Of a stretch of DNA of 64,000 nucleotides, positions 45,961-60,937 are shown piece after piece; positions within the stretch are counted from its first letter, which is position 1; every line of letters starts with the position of its first letter. Under the pieces are notes generated by a model, which ran no database searches, was not told where the DNA came from, and saw only the letters and a program-made list of their open reading frames with translations. Both the position numbers and the translations under genes were made by a program. The DNA comes from Squalus acanthias (taxonomy: Eukaryota), in assembly GCA_030390025.1 (NCBI GenBank), contig JASTWF010000034.1:4278001-4342000 (forward strand), written 5' to 3'.

Positions 45961-48900
45961 AGTGTTAATTTGACATGATACCCTTGGAACCGGGGAATAA
46001 AGTAAATGTCAATTGTTACTTTAGACATGAAACCCTCTACACCAGGGCGTACATTGACAGTTAATTGTTAATTTGACATGATATCCTCTACACCGGGGAA
46101 TAAAGTTACAGTTAATTGTTAATTTGACATGATGCCCTCTACACCGGGGAATAATGTTACAGTTAATTGTTAATTTGATATGATACCATCATATCCGGGG
46201 AATAAAGTTACAGTTATTTATTAATTTATACATGATACCCTCTACACCGGGAAATAAAGTTACATTTAATTGTGAACTCAAACATCATACCCTTCACACC
46301 GGGGAATATAGTTACAGTTAATTGCAAATTTTGACATGATACCCTCTACATTGGGGAATAATGTTTCAGTTAATTGTTAATTTAGACATAATTCCTTCTA
46401 CATCGGGGAATAAAGTTACAGTTAATTGTTAATTTAGACAGGATTCCCTCAACACCGGGGAATAAAGTTACAGTTAATTGCAAATTTTGACATGATACCC
46501 TCAACATTGGGGAATAATGTTACAGTTAATTTAGATATAATTCCTTCTACATTGGGGAATAAAGTTACAGTTATTTGTTAATTTAGACATGATGCCCTCT
46601 ACACCGGGGAATAAAGTTACAGTTAATTGTTAATTTTGAAATTATGCCCTCTACACCGGGGAATAAAGTTACAGTTAATTTTCATTCAGACAGGATTCCC
46701 ATTACACCGGGGAATACAGTTGCAGTTAATTGTTAATTTTGAAATGATGCCCTCTATACCGGGCAATAAAGTTACAGTTAATTGTTAATTTGATATGAGA
46801 TCCTCTACACCGGGGAATAAAGTTACAGTTAATTGTTAATTTAGACATGATACCTTCTACAAAGTGGAATAAAGTTACATTTAATGGTTTATTTAGACAT
46901 GATTCCCTCCACACCGGGGAATATAGTTACAGTTAATTGTTAAATTTGATATAATACCCTCTACACCGAGGAATAAAGTTACAGCTAATTGTTAATTTTA
47001 TATGATGCCCTCTACACCGGGGAATAAAGTTACATTTAATTGTTAATTTAGACATGATTCCCGGTATTCCAGGGAATGACGTTACAGTTAATTGTTTATT
47101 TGCCATGACGTCCTCTACACCGGGGAATAAAGTTTCAGTTAACTGTTAAATTAGACATGATACCCTCTACAACGGGAAATTAAAATTAGAGTTAATTGTT
47201 AATTTGACATGATGCCCTCTACACCGGGGAATAAAGTTACAGTTAATTGTTAACTTAAACATCATACCCTTCACACCGGGGAATATAGTTACAGTTAATT
47301 GCAAATTTTGACATGATGTCCTCTACACCGGGGAATAAAGTTACAGTTAATGGTTAATTTAGACAAGTTGCCCTCGACACCCGGGAATAAAGTTACATTT
47401 AATTGTTAAATTGATATGATGCCCTCGACACCGGGGAATAAATTTACAGATAATTTTTAACTTAGACATGATGCCCTCTGCACAGAGAATAAAGTTACAG
47501 TTAATTGCAAATTTTGACATGATACCCTCTACATTGGGGAATAATGTTACAGTTAATTGTTAATTTAGATATAATTCCTTCTACATTGGGGAATAAAGTT
47601 ACAGTTAATTGTTAATTTAGACATGATGCCCTCTACACCGGGGAATAAAGTTACAGTTAATTGTTAATTTTGAAATGATGCCCTCTACACCGGGGAATAA
47701 AGTTACAGTTAATTGTTCATTGAGACAGGATTCCCTCTACACCGGGAAATACAGTTGCAGTTAATTATTAATTTGAATGATGCCCTCTGCACCGGAGAAT
47801 AAAGTTACAGTTAATTGTTAATTTCGACATGATTCCCTCAACACCGTGGAATAATGTTACAGTTAATTGTTCATTTAGACATGATACCTTCTAGAGTGGG
47901 GAATAAAGTTATAGATAATTGTTCATTTGACATGATACCCTCTACACCAGTGAATACAGTTACACTTTATATTTAATTTGACATGAAGCCCTCTACAACG
48001 GTGATTAATGTTACAGTTAATTGTTAATTTCGATATGATGCCCTCTACACCGGGGAATATAGTTACGGTTAACTGCTAATTTTGACATGATACCCTGCAC
48101 ACCATAGAATAAAATTACAGTCAGTTGCTAATTTTGACATGATATCCTCTACACTATGGAATAATATTACAGTTAATTGTTAATTTTGACATGATGCCCA
48201 ATACACTGGGGAATAAAGTTAAATGTAATTTTTAATTTGTCATGATACCCTTTACACTGGGAATAAAGTTACAGTTGATTGTTAATTTTACATGATACCC
48301 TCTACAGCAGGGAATAAAGTTTCAGTTAATTGTTAATTTAGACATGATTCCCTGCACACCGGGGAATAAAGTTTCAGTTAATTGTTAATTTAGACATGAT
48401 ACCTTCTAGAGTGGGGAATAAAGTTATAGTTAATTTTCAATTTAGACATGATACCCTGTATATCCTGTAATAAAGTTACAATCAATTTTAAATTTGACAT
48501 GATACTCCCTACATCGGGTAATAAAGTTACAGTAAATTGTTAACTGAGACAGTATACCCTTTACACCGGGGAATATACTTACAGTTAATTGTTCATTTGA
48601 CATGATACCCTCTACACTGCGGAGTAAAGTTACAGTTAATTGTTAATTTAATCATGAAACCCTCTACACTGGGGAATAAAGTTATAGTTAATTGCTAATT
48701 TAGACATGATACCCTCTACACCGAGGAATAAAGATACAGTTAAATGTTAATTTGACAGGATACCCTCTGCATCGGGGAATGAAGTTACTGTTAATTGTAA
48801 ATTTGACATGATGCTCTCTCCACCAGGAATAAAGTTACAGTTAATTGTTAATTTAGAAATGATTCCCTGTAAACCGCGGAATAAAGTTAAAGTTAATTGT

Positions 48901-51900
48901 TAATTTGACTTGATACCTATACACCGGGGAATAAAGTAACAGTAAATTGTTAATTAAGACATGATACCCTCTACAACGAGGAGTAAAGTTACAGTTAAAT
49001 AATAATTAGACATGATTGCCTCTACACCGGGGAATAAACTTACAGTTAATTCTTAATTTGACATGATGCACTCTACACCAGGGAATAAGTTTACATTGAA
49101 TTGTTAATTTAGACATGATACATTCTACAACGGGGAATAACATTAAAGTTAATTATTAATTTGATATGATACCCTTTTCACCAGAGTATAAAGTTACAGT
49201 TAATTGTTAATTTAGACATGATATCCTCTACACCAGGGAATAAATTTACAATTAATTATTAACTTAAACATCATACCCTCCACACTGGGGAATATAGTTA
49301 CAGTTAATTGCAAATTTTGACATAATGCCCTCTACACCGGGGAATAAACTTACAGTTAATTGTTAAATTGACATGATGCCCTCTACACTGGGGAATAAAC
49401 TTACAGTTCTTTGTTAAATTGACATGATTTACTCTGCACCAGGGAATAAAGTTACGGTGAATCGTTAATTTAGACATGATGCCATCTATAGTGGTGAATA
49501 AAGTTACAGTTATTTTTTAATTTAGACAGGATAGCTTCTACACTGGGGAATAAAGTTAAAGTTAATTGCTAATTTTGAAATGATGCGCTCAACACCGGGA
49601 AATAAAGTTACAGTTAATTGGTAATTGAGACATGCTGCCCTCTACACCGGGGCATAAAGTTACAGTGAATTGTTAATTTCGACATGATACCCTCTACACC
49701 GGGGAATAATGTTACAGTTAATTGTTAATTTCGACATGAAGCCCTCTACACCGGGGAATAAAGTTAATGTCAATTGTTAATTTGACATGATACCCTCTAC
49801 ACCGGGGAATAATTTTACAGTTAATTGTTAATTTTGACATGAAGCGCTCTACACCGGGGAATAAAGTAATTGTCAATTGTTAATTTAGGCATGAAAACCT
49901 CTACAGCAAGGAGTAAATTTACAGTTAATTGTTAATTTGACATGATATCCTCTATACTGTGGAATAATGTTAAAGTTAATTGTTAATTTGAAATGTTGCC
50001 TCTGCATCGGAGAATAAAGTTACAGTTAATTGTTAATCTGACATTATGCACTCTACATCGGGGAATAATTTTACAGTTAATTGTTAATTTTGACATGAAA
50101 CCCTCTACACCGGGGACTAAAGTTACATGTTAATTGTTAATTTGACATGATACCCTCTACACTGGGGAATAAATTTAGAGTTCATTGTTATTTTGAAATG
50201 ATGCCCACTACACTGGGGAATAATTATTTTTTTTAATTTGTCATGAAAACATCTACACCGGGGAATAAAGTTACATTAAATTGTTAATTTAGATATGATA
50301 CCCTCTACACCGAGGAATAAAGATACAGTTAAATGTTAATTTGACAATGTACACTACTACACCGGGGAATGAAGTTACAGTGAATTGTTAATGTAGAAAT
50401 GATTACCTCTAAACCGGGGAATAAAGTTACAGATAATTGTTAATTTGACATGATGCCCTCTGCACCGTGGAGTAAAGTTTCAGTTAATTGTTAATTTAGA
50501 CATGATACCTTCTACAGTGGGGAATAAAGTTATAGTTAATTTTCAATTTGACATGATACCAACTAAACCGTGTATAAATGTATAGTTAATTGTTAATTTA
50601 GACATGATATCCTCTACACCAGGGAATAAATTTACAATTAATTGTTAACTTAAACATCATACCCTCCACACTGGGGAATATAGTTACAGTTAATTGCAAA
50701 TTTTGACATAATGCCCTCTACACCGGGGAATAAACTTACAGTTAATTGTTAAATTGACATGATGCCCTCTACACCGGGGAATAAACTTACAGTTCTTTGT
50801 TAAATTGACATGATTCACTCTGCACCAGGGAATAAAGTTACGGTGAATTGATAATTTAGACATGATGCCATCTATAGTGGTGAATAAAGTTACAGTTAAT
50901 TTTTAATTTAGACATGATAGCTTCTACACTGGGGAATAAAATTAAAGTTAATTTCTATTTGTCATGATAACCGCTACACTGGGGAATAAAGATATAGTTG
51001 ACTGTTAATTTGACATGATACCCTCTAAATTGGGGTGCAAAGTTACAGTTAATTGTTAATTTAGACATGATACCCTCTACATCCTGTAATAAAGTTACAA
51101 TCAATTTTTAATTTGACATGATACTCCCTACATCGGGTAAAAAAGTTACAGTGAATTGTTAATTTAGACATGATTCCCTTTACACCGGGAAATGAAGTTA
51201 CATGTAATTGTTAATTTGACATGATGCACTTTACACTGGGGAATAAAGTTACAGTTAATTGTTAATTTAGACATGAAACCCTTTACACTGGGGAATAAAG
51301 TTACAGTGAATTGTTAATTTCGACATGAAGCCCTCTACACCGGGGAATAAAGTTAATGTCAATTGTTAATTTGACATGATACCCTCTACACCGGGGAATA
51401 ATTTTACAGTTAATTGTTAATTTTGACATGAAGCGCTCTACACCGGGGAATAAAGTAATTGTCAATTGTTAATTTAGGCATGAAAACCTCTACAGCAAGG
51501 AGTAAATTTACAGTTAATTGTTAATTTGACATGATATCCTCTATACTGTGGAATAATGTTAAAGTTAATTGTTAATTTGAAATGTTGCCTCTGCATCGGA
51601 GAATAAAGTTACAGTTAATTGTTAATCTGACATTATGCACTCTACATCGGGGAATAATTTTACAGTTAATTGTTAATTTTGACATGAAACCCTCTACACC
51701 GGGGACTAAAGTTACATGTTAATTGTTAATTTGACATGATACCCTCTACACCGGGGAATAAAGTTAGAGTTAATTGTTATTTTGACATGATGCCCACTAC
51801 ACTGGGGAATACTTTTTTTTTAATTTGTCATGAAAACATCTACACCGGGGAATAAAGTTACATTAAATTGTTAATTTAGATATGATACCCTCTACACCGA

Positions 51901-54900
51901 GGAATAAAGATACAGTTAAATGTTTTTTTGACATGGTACCCTCCTACACCGGGGAATGAAGTTACAGTGAATTGTTAATGTAGAAATGATTACCTCTAAA
52001 CCGGGGAATAAAGTTACAGTTAATTGTTAATTTGACATGATGCCCTCTGCACCGGGGAATAAAGTTTCAGTTAATTGTTAATTTAGACATGATACCTTCT
52101 ACAGTGGGGAATAAAGTTATAGTTAATTTTCAATTTAGACATGATACCCTGTATATCCTGTAATAAAGTTACAATCAATTTTAAATTTGACATGATACTC
52201 CCTACATCGGGTAATAAAGTTACAGTAAATTGTTAACTGAGACAGTATACCCTTTACACCGGGGAATATACTTACAGTTAATTGTTCATTTGACATGATA
52301 TCCTCTACACTGCGGAGTAAAGTTACAGTTAATTGCTAATTTAATCATGAAACCCTCTACACTGGGGAATAAAGTTATAGTTAATTGCTAATTTAGACAT
52401 GATACCCTCTACACCGAGGAATAAAGATACAGTTAAATGTTAATTTGACAGGATACCCTCTACACCGGGGAATGAAGTTACTGTTAATTGTAAATTTGAC
52501 ATGATGCCCTCTACACCAGGAATAAAGTTACAGTTAATTGTTAATTTAGAAATGATTCCCTCTAAACCGGGGAATAAAGTTACACTTAATTGTTAATTTG
52601 ACATGATACACTCTACCCCAGGGAATAAAGTTACAGTTAATTTTTAATTTAGACATGATACCCTCTACACCGGGGAATAAAGTTACAGTTAATTGTTAAT
52701 TTGACATGATGCCCTCTACACCGGGGATTAAAGTTACAGTTAATTTTTAATTTTGACATGATACCTTGTATACCGGGGAATAAAGTTACACTTAATTGTT
52801 AATTTGACATGATACACTCTACACCTGGGAAAGAAGTTACAGTTAATTGTTAATTTGACATGATGCCCTCCACAACTGGGAATAAAGTTACATTAAATTG
52901 TTAATTTAGTTATGATACCCTCTACACCGAGGAATAAAGTTACAGTTAAATGTTTATTTGACATGATGCCCTCTACACCGGGGAATAAAGTTACAGTGAA
53001 TTGTTAATTTAGAAATGATTCCCTCTAAACCGGGGAATAAAGTTACACATTATTGTTAATTTGACATGATACACTCTACACCAGGGAATAAAATTACAGT
53101 TAATTGTTAAATTAGACAAGATACGCTCTACAACGGGGAATAAAAATTACACTTAATTGTTAATTTGACATGAGGTCCTCTACACCGGGGAATAACGTTA
53201 CAGTTATTTTTTTTATTTAAACATGATGCCCTCTACACCGCGGATTAAAGTTACAGTTAGTTTTTAATTTATACATGATACCCTGTATACCGGGGAATAA
53301 ACTTACAGTTAATTGTTAATTTGACATGATGCCACCTACATTGGGGAATAAAGTTACAGTTAATTGTTAATTTAGACATGATTCCCGTCACACCGGGGAT
53401 TAATGTTACAGATAATTGTTAATATAGACATGATACCCCCTACACCGGAAATCATTTTACAGTTAATTGTTAATTTTGACATGAAGCCATCTACAATGGA
53501 GTCTAAATTTAAAATTAATTTTTAATTTTTCATAAAAATATATACACTCGGCAAAAAAGTTACAGTTGATTGTAAATTTTACATGATACGCTCTACACTG
53601 GGGAATAAAGTTACAGTAAATTGGTAATTTAGACAAGATACCCTCTACAACGGGGAATTACAATTACAGATAATTGTTTATTTGACGTGATGTCTTCTAC
53701 ACTGGGGAATAAATTTAAAGTTAACTGTTAATTTAGACATGATACCCTCTACAACGGGGAAAAGATTTACAGTTAATTGTTAATTTAGACATGATATCCT
53801 CTACACCAGGGAATGTTACAATTAATTGTTAACTTAAACATCATACCCTCCACACCGGGGAATATAGTTATAGTTAATTGCAAATTTTGATATGATGATG
53901 CCCTCTACACTGGGGAATAAAGTTACAGTTAATTGTTAATTTGATATGATACCCTCTTCACCAGAGTATAAAGTTACAGTTATTTTTTTAATTTAGACAT
54001 GATATCCTCTACGCCAGGGAATAAAGCCACATTTAATTGTTAATTTAGACATGATTCGCTCCACACCGGGGAATAAAGTTATAGTTAATTGTTAATGTAG
54101 ATATGATGCCCTCTACACCGGGGAATAAAGTTACAGTTAATTGTTAACTTAAACATCATACCCTCCACACCGGGGAATATAGTTACAGTTAATTGCAAAT
54201 TTTGACATGATGCCCTTGCAACGGGGAATAAAGTTACAGTTAATTATTAATTTAACATGATTCACTCTACACCAGGGAATAAAGTTACAGTGAATTGTTA
54301 ATTTAGACATGATTCCCTTTACACCGGGGAATGATGTTACATGTTTTGTTAATTTGACAAAATGCCCTCTACACTGGGGAATAAAGTTATAGTTAATTGG
54401 TAATTTAGACATGATACCCTCCAAACCGGGGAATATTGTTACAGTTAATTCTTAATTTAGCCATTATACCTTCTGCAAAGGGGAACAAAGTCACATTTAA
54501 TTGTTAATTTAGAATGATACCCTCCAACCGGGGAATATAGTTACAGAAAATTGCTAATTTAGACATGATGCCCTCTAAACCGGGGAATAAAGTTACAGTT
54601 AATTGTTAATTTAGACATGATTCCCTCTACCGGGGAATAAAGTTACAGTTAAATGTTAAATAAAACATCATACCCTCCACACCGGGGAATATATTTACAG
54701 TTAATTGCAAATTTTGACATGATGCCCTCTACACCGGGGAATAAAGTTACAGTTAATTGTTCATTTTGACATGTTTCCCTCCACACCGGGAATAAAGTTA
54801 CAGCTAATTTTTAATTTAGACATGTTACCCTGTATACCGGGGAATAAAGTTAAAGTTAATTGTTAATTTGACATGATGCCCACTACACTCGGGAATAAAT

Positions 54901-57900
54901 TTAAACTTAATTTTTAAATTCTCATAAAAATATCTACACTCGGCAAAAAAGTTACAGTTGATTGTTAATTTTACATGATACCCTCTACAACGAGGAATAA
55001 AGATACAGTTAAATGTTAATTAAACATGATACCCTCTACACAGGGGAATGAAGTTACAGTTAATTGTTAATTTGACATGATGCCCTCTACACCAGGAATA
55101 AAGTTACAATTAATTGTTAATTTAGACATGATACTCTCTACAACGGGGAATTAAAATTACAGTTAATTGTGAATTTGAAATGATGCCCTCGAAAGTGGGC
55201 AATAAAATTCAAGTTAATTGTTAATTTGACATGATACTCTCTACACTGGGGAATACTGTAACAGTCAATTGTGTATAAGGCTTGATACCCTCTACACCGG
55301 GGAGTAAAGTTACAGTTAAATATTAATTTGGCATTATGCACTCTACACCAGGGAATAAATGTACATTGAATTGTTAATTTAGACATGATATCCTCTACAC
55401 CAGGGCATGTTACACTTAATTGTTAACTTAAACATCATACCCTCCACACCGGGGAATATAGTTATAGTTAATTGCAAATTTTGACATGATGCCCTCTACA
55501 CAGGGGAATAAAGTTACAGTTAATTGTCAATTTGATATGATACCCTCTTCACCAGAGTATAAAGTTACAGTTAATTTTTAATTTAGACATAATATCCTCT
55601 ACACCAGGGAATAAAGTCACATTTAATTGTTAATTTAGACATGATTCCCTCCAAACCGGGGAATACAATTAAAGTTTATTTTAAATTTAGACATGATTCA
55701 CTCTACACCAGTGAATAAAGTTACAGTGAATTGTTAATTTAGACATGATTCCCTCTACACCTTGGAATGAAGTTACATGTTTTGTTAATTTGACATGATG
55801 TCCTTTACACTGGAGAATAAAGTTACAGATAATTGTTAATTTAGACATGCTACCCTCCACACCGGGGATTATTGTTACAGTTAATTCTTAATTTAGCCAT
55901 TATACCTTCGGAAAAGGAGAATAAATTCACATTTAATTGTTAATATAGACATGATTCACTCCACACCGGGGAATATAGTTGCAGAAAATTGCTAATTTAG
56001 ACATGATGCCCTCTAAACCGGGGAATAAAGTTACAGTTAATTGTTAATGTAGAGGTGATGCCCTCTACACCAGGGAATAAAGTTACAGTTAATTGATAAT
56101 TTAAACATGATGCCCTGTACACTGTGTAATAATGTTACAGTTAATTGCTAATTTTGACAAAAAGCCCTCTACCCCGGGGACTACAGTTACAGTTAAATGT
56201 TAATTTAGACATGATTCCCTCTACACCGAGGTATAAAGTTAAAGTTAATTTTTAAATTGACATGCTGTCCTCTACACCGGCGAAAAAAGTTACATTCAAT
56301 TGTTAATTTAGACATGATTCCCTGTACACCGGGAATGAAGATACATGTAATTGTTAATTTGACATGATGCCCTCGACACTGGGGAATAGAGTTACAGTTA
56401 ATTGTTAATTTAGACATAATACCCTCTACTCCGAGGAATAAAATTACAGTTAATTGTTAATTTAGACATGATTCCCGCCTAACCGCGTAATATAGTTTAA
56501 GTTAATTGCTAATTTTTACATGATGCGCTCTACAACTGGAAATAAAGTTACAGTTAATTGTTAATTGAGACTTGATGACCTCTACACCGGGTATAAATTT
56601 ACAGGTAATTGTTAATTCAGACATGATAACCTGTATACCGGGGAATAAAGTTAGATTTATTTTTTAATTTGACATTTGCCCACTTCATTGGGGAATAAAT
56701 TTAAAGTTAATTTTTAATTTGTCATGAATATATCGACACTGGGGAAAAAAGTTACAATTGATTGTTGATTTTACATGATAACCGCTACACTGGGGAATAA
56801 TGTTACAGTCAAGTCTTTTAAAGAAATGATAACCTCTACACCGGGGAATAAAGTTACAGTAAATTGTTAATTTACATATGATACCCTCTACACCGGGGAA
56901 TAAAGTTACAGTTAAATATTAATTTGACATGATTGCCTCTCCACCGGGGCAAAACTTATAGTTAATTGTTAGTTTGACATGATGCTCTCTACACCAGGGA
57001 ATAAAGTTGCATTGAATTGTTAATTTAGACATGATTCCCGCTAGTCCAGGGAATGAAGTTACAGTTAATTGTTAATTTAGAAATGCTTCCCTCTATACTA
57101 GGGAATAAGGTTACAGTTAATTGTTAATTTCGACATGATACCCTCTACACCGGGTAATTAAAATTACAGATAATTGTTTATTTGACATGTTGTCCTCTAT
57201 ATTAGGGAATAAAGTTAAAGTTAATTGTTAATTTGTCATGATATCCTCTACAACGGAATTTAAAATGAGAGTTAATTGTTAATTTCACATGATACCTTCT
57301 ACACCGGGGAATAAACTAACAGTTAACTGTTAATGCAGACATGTTACCCTCTACAACGGGTAATCACAAGAAAGTTATTTATTAATTTTACTTGATTCCC
57401 TCTACACCGGTGAATGAAGTTACAGTTAATTAATAATTTAGACATGATATCCTCTACACCGGGGAATAAAGTTACAGTTAATTGTTCAATAAAACATCAT
57501 ACCCTCCACACCGGGGAATATATTTACAGTTAATTGCAAATTTTGACATGATATCCTCTACACCAGGGAATAAAGTTACAGTTAATTGTTAATTTCGATA
57601 AGATGCCCTCTATATTTTGAATAAAGTTACAGTTAATTGTTAATTTAGACATGATGTACTCTACACCAGGTAATATAGTTACAGTGAATTGTTAATTTGG
57701 ACATGATTCCCTCTACACTGTGGAATAAAGTTACAGTTAATTGTTAATTTTGACATGATTCCCTCCACACCGGGGAATATAGTTTCAGTTAATTGCTAAT
57801 TTGACATGATGCGCTCTACACCGGGAAATAAAGTTACAGTTAATTGTTAATTGAGACATGATGCCCTCAACACCGGGAATAATGTTACAGCCAGTTGTTA

Positions 57901-59364
57901 ATTTGCCAATATACCCTCTACACCGGGGCATAAAGTTATAAATAATTGTTAATTTAGACATGATTCCCTTGACACCTGGGACTGAAGTTACAGTAAATTG
58001 TTAATTTGACATGATACCCTCTACACCGGGGAATAAAGTTAAAGTTAATTGTTAATTTGACATGATGCCCACTACACTGGGGAATAAATTTAAAGTTAAT
58101 TTTTAATTTGTCATGAAAACATGTACACTGCGGAAAAAAGTTACTGTTAATTAATAATATTACATGATGCCCTCTACACTGGGGAATAATGTTACAGTCA
58201 ATTCTGTTTAAGTCATGATAACCTCTACACCAGGGAATAAAGTTACAGGTAATTGTTAATTTGACATTATCCCTTCTACACCGGGGAGTAAAGATCCAAT
58301 TAATTGTTAATTTATACAAGATGCCCTCTACACCGGGGAATAAAGTTACAGTTAATTGTTAATTTAGGCATGATTCCCGCTATTCCAGGGAATGAAGTTA
58401 CAATTAATTGTTAATTTGACATGATGCCATCTAAACCGGGAATAAAGTTACAATTAATTGTTAATTTAGACATGATACCCTCTACAACGGGAAATTAAAA
58501 TTATAGTTATTTGTTAATTTGACATGATACCCTCTACACCGGGGTATAATGTTACAGTTAACTGTTAATTTAGAAATGATACCCTCTACAACGAGGTATA
58601 ACATTAAAGTTATTTATTTATTTGATATGATAACCTCTTTACCAGGGTATAAAGTTACAGTTAATTATTCATTTAGACATGATATCCTCTACACCGGGGA
58701 ATAAAGTTAGAGTTAATGGTTAATTTGACATGATGCCCACTACACTGGGGAATAAATTTAAAGTTAATTTATTAATTTGTCATGATAACATCTACAGTGG
58801 GGAAAAAAGTTAAAGTTGATTATTAATTTTACTTGATTCCCTCTACACCGGTGAATGAAGTTACAGTTAATTGTTAATTTAGACATCATACCCTCTACAC
58901 CGGGGAATAAAGTTACAGTTAATTGATAATTTAGACATGGTATCCTCAACACCGTGGAATAAAGTTACAGTTACTTGTTAATTTAGAAATGATTCCCTCT
59001 AAACCAGGGAATAAAGCTGCACTTAATTGTTAATTTGACATGATACACTCTACAACAGGGAATACATTTACAGATAATTGTTAACTTAGACATGATGCCC
59101 TCTGAACAGGGAATAAAGTTTCAGTTAATTGTTAATTTCGACAAGATGCCCTCTACATTGTTAAATAAAGTTACAGTTAATTGTTAATTAAGACGTGATG
59201 TGCTCTGCACAAGGGAATAAAGTTACAGTGATTTGTTAATTTATAAATGATTCCCTCTACACCGGGGAATAAAGTTACTGTTAATTGTTAATTTGACATG
59301 ATTGCCACTGCACCGGAGAATACAGTTAAAGTGAATTGTTAATTTAGACATGATTCCCTCTATT

Positions 59365-60937
59365 CTAGTAATACAGAGGATGGGGACGGCATTAAAAGGG
59401 AAATTAGAGAAGCATGCAGTAAGGGCACAGCCGTCATTATGGGTGACTTTAATTTACATATAGATTAGGCTAACCAAATTAGTAAAAATACTGTGGAGGA
59501 GGAATTCCTAGAATGTTTACAGGATGGTTTTCTGGAACAATATGTCGAGGAACCAACCAGAGATCAGGTCATCTTAGACTGGGTATTACGTAACGAGAAA
59601 GGATTAATTAGCAATCTTGTCGTACGAGGCCCCTTGGGTCAGAGTTATCATAATATGATAGAATTCTTCATTAGGATGGAGAGTGAAGTAGTTCAATCAG
59701 AGACTAGGGTCCTGAATTTAAATGAAGGAAACTATGATGGTATGAGGCGCGAATTGGGTAGGATTGATTGGGGAATGTCACTCAAAGGATTTTCGGTGGA
59801 TAGGCAATGGCAAACATTCAAAGACTGCATGGATCAACTACAGAATTTGTTCATCCCAGTGTGGCATAAGAATAAAACAAAAAGGGTGACTCAACCGTGG
59901 CTAACAAGGGAAATTAGGGATAGCATAAGATCCAAGGAGAGGGCATAAAAATTGGCCAGAAAAAGCGGTAACCCTGAGTACTTGGAGCAGTTTAGGATTC
60001 AGCAAAGGAGGACAAAGGGATTAATTAAGAAGGGGAAAATAGAATATGAAAGTAAGCTTGCTGGGAACATAAAAACGGACTGTAAGAGCTTTTATAGATA
60101 TGTGAAGAGAAAAAGATTAGTGAAATCAAGTGTAGGTCCCTTGCAGTCAGAAGCGGGGGAAGTTATAATGGAGAACAAAGAAATGGCAGACCAATTAAAT
60201 GCATATTTTGGTTCTGTCTTCACAAAGGAGGACACAAATAACCTCCCAGAGATGTTGGAGAACATAGTGTCTGATGAAAGGGAGGAACTGAAAGAAATCA
60301 GTATTTACAGGGAAATGGTGTTAGGGAAATTGACGGGATTGAAGGCCGATAAATCCCCAGGGCATGATAATCTACATCCTAGGATACGTAAGGAAGTGGC
60401 CCTAGAAATAGTAGATGCATTGCTCATCATCTTCCAACATTCGATGGAATCTGGAACTGTACCCATGGATTGGAGGGCAGCCAATGTTACCCCACTATTC
60501 AAAAAGGGTGGTAGAGAGAAAGTGGGGAATTACAGACCGGTAAGCCTGACATCGGTATTAGGGAAAATGCTAGAGTCCATTATAAATGATGTAATAGCTG
60601 AGCACTTGAAAAACAGTGACAGGATCGGACAAAGTCAACATGGATTTACAAAAGGTAAATCGTGCTTTACTAATCTACTGGAATTTTTTGAGGATGTAAC
60701 TGGGAAAATAGATAAGGGAGAACCAGTAGATGTGGTGTATTTGGACTTGCAAAAGGCTTTCGATAAGGTCCCGCATAAGAGATTAGCGTGTAAAGTTAAG
60801 GCACATAGGATTGGGGGCAAGGTATTGACTTGGATAGAGAACTGGTTGGCGGACAGAAAGCAGAGAGTAGGAATTAATGGGTCTTTTTTCGAGTCGCAGA
60901 CAGTGACTAGTGGGGTACCGCAGGGATCGGTCCTTGG
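59365..60937 (+). mobile_element. CR1 LINE host copy, 5' part (endonuclease C-terminus to RT GVPQGSVLG)
   Basis: IMGDFN, EPTRDQVILDWVL, KSPGHDNLHPR, NYRPVSLTS, YLDLQKAFDKVPH. In-frame stops present. Confidence 0.94.

Larger units (their letters stand above)
37386..59364. repeat. 51/52-bp satellite, array 2 (same orientation as array 1), interrupted at 44866-45960
   Basis: Same consensus as 1664-11053 over about 21 kb. Confidence 0.98.
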
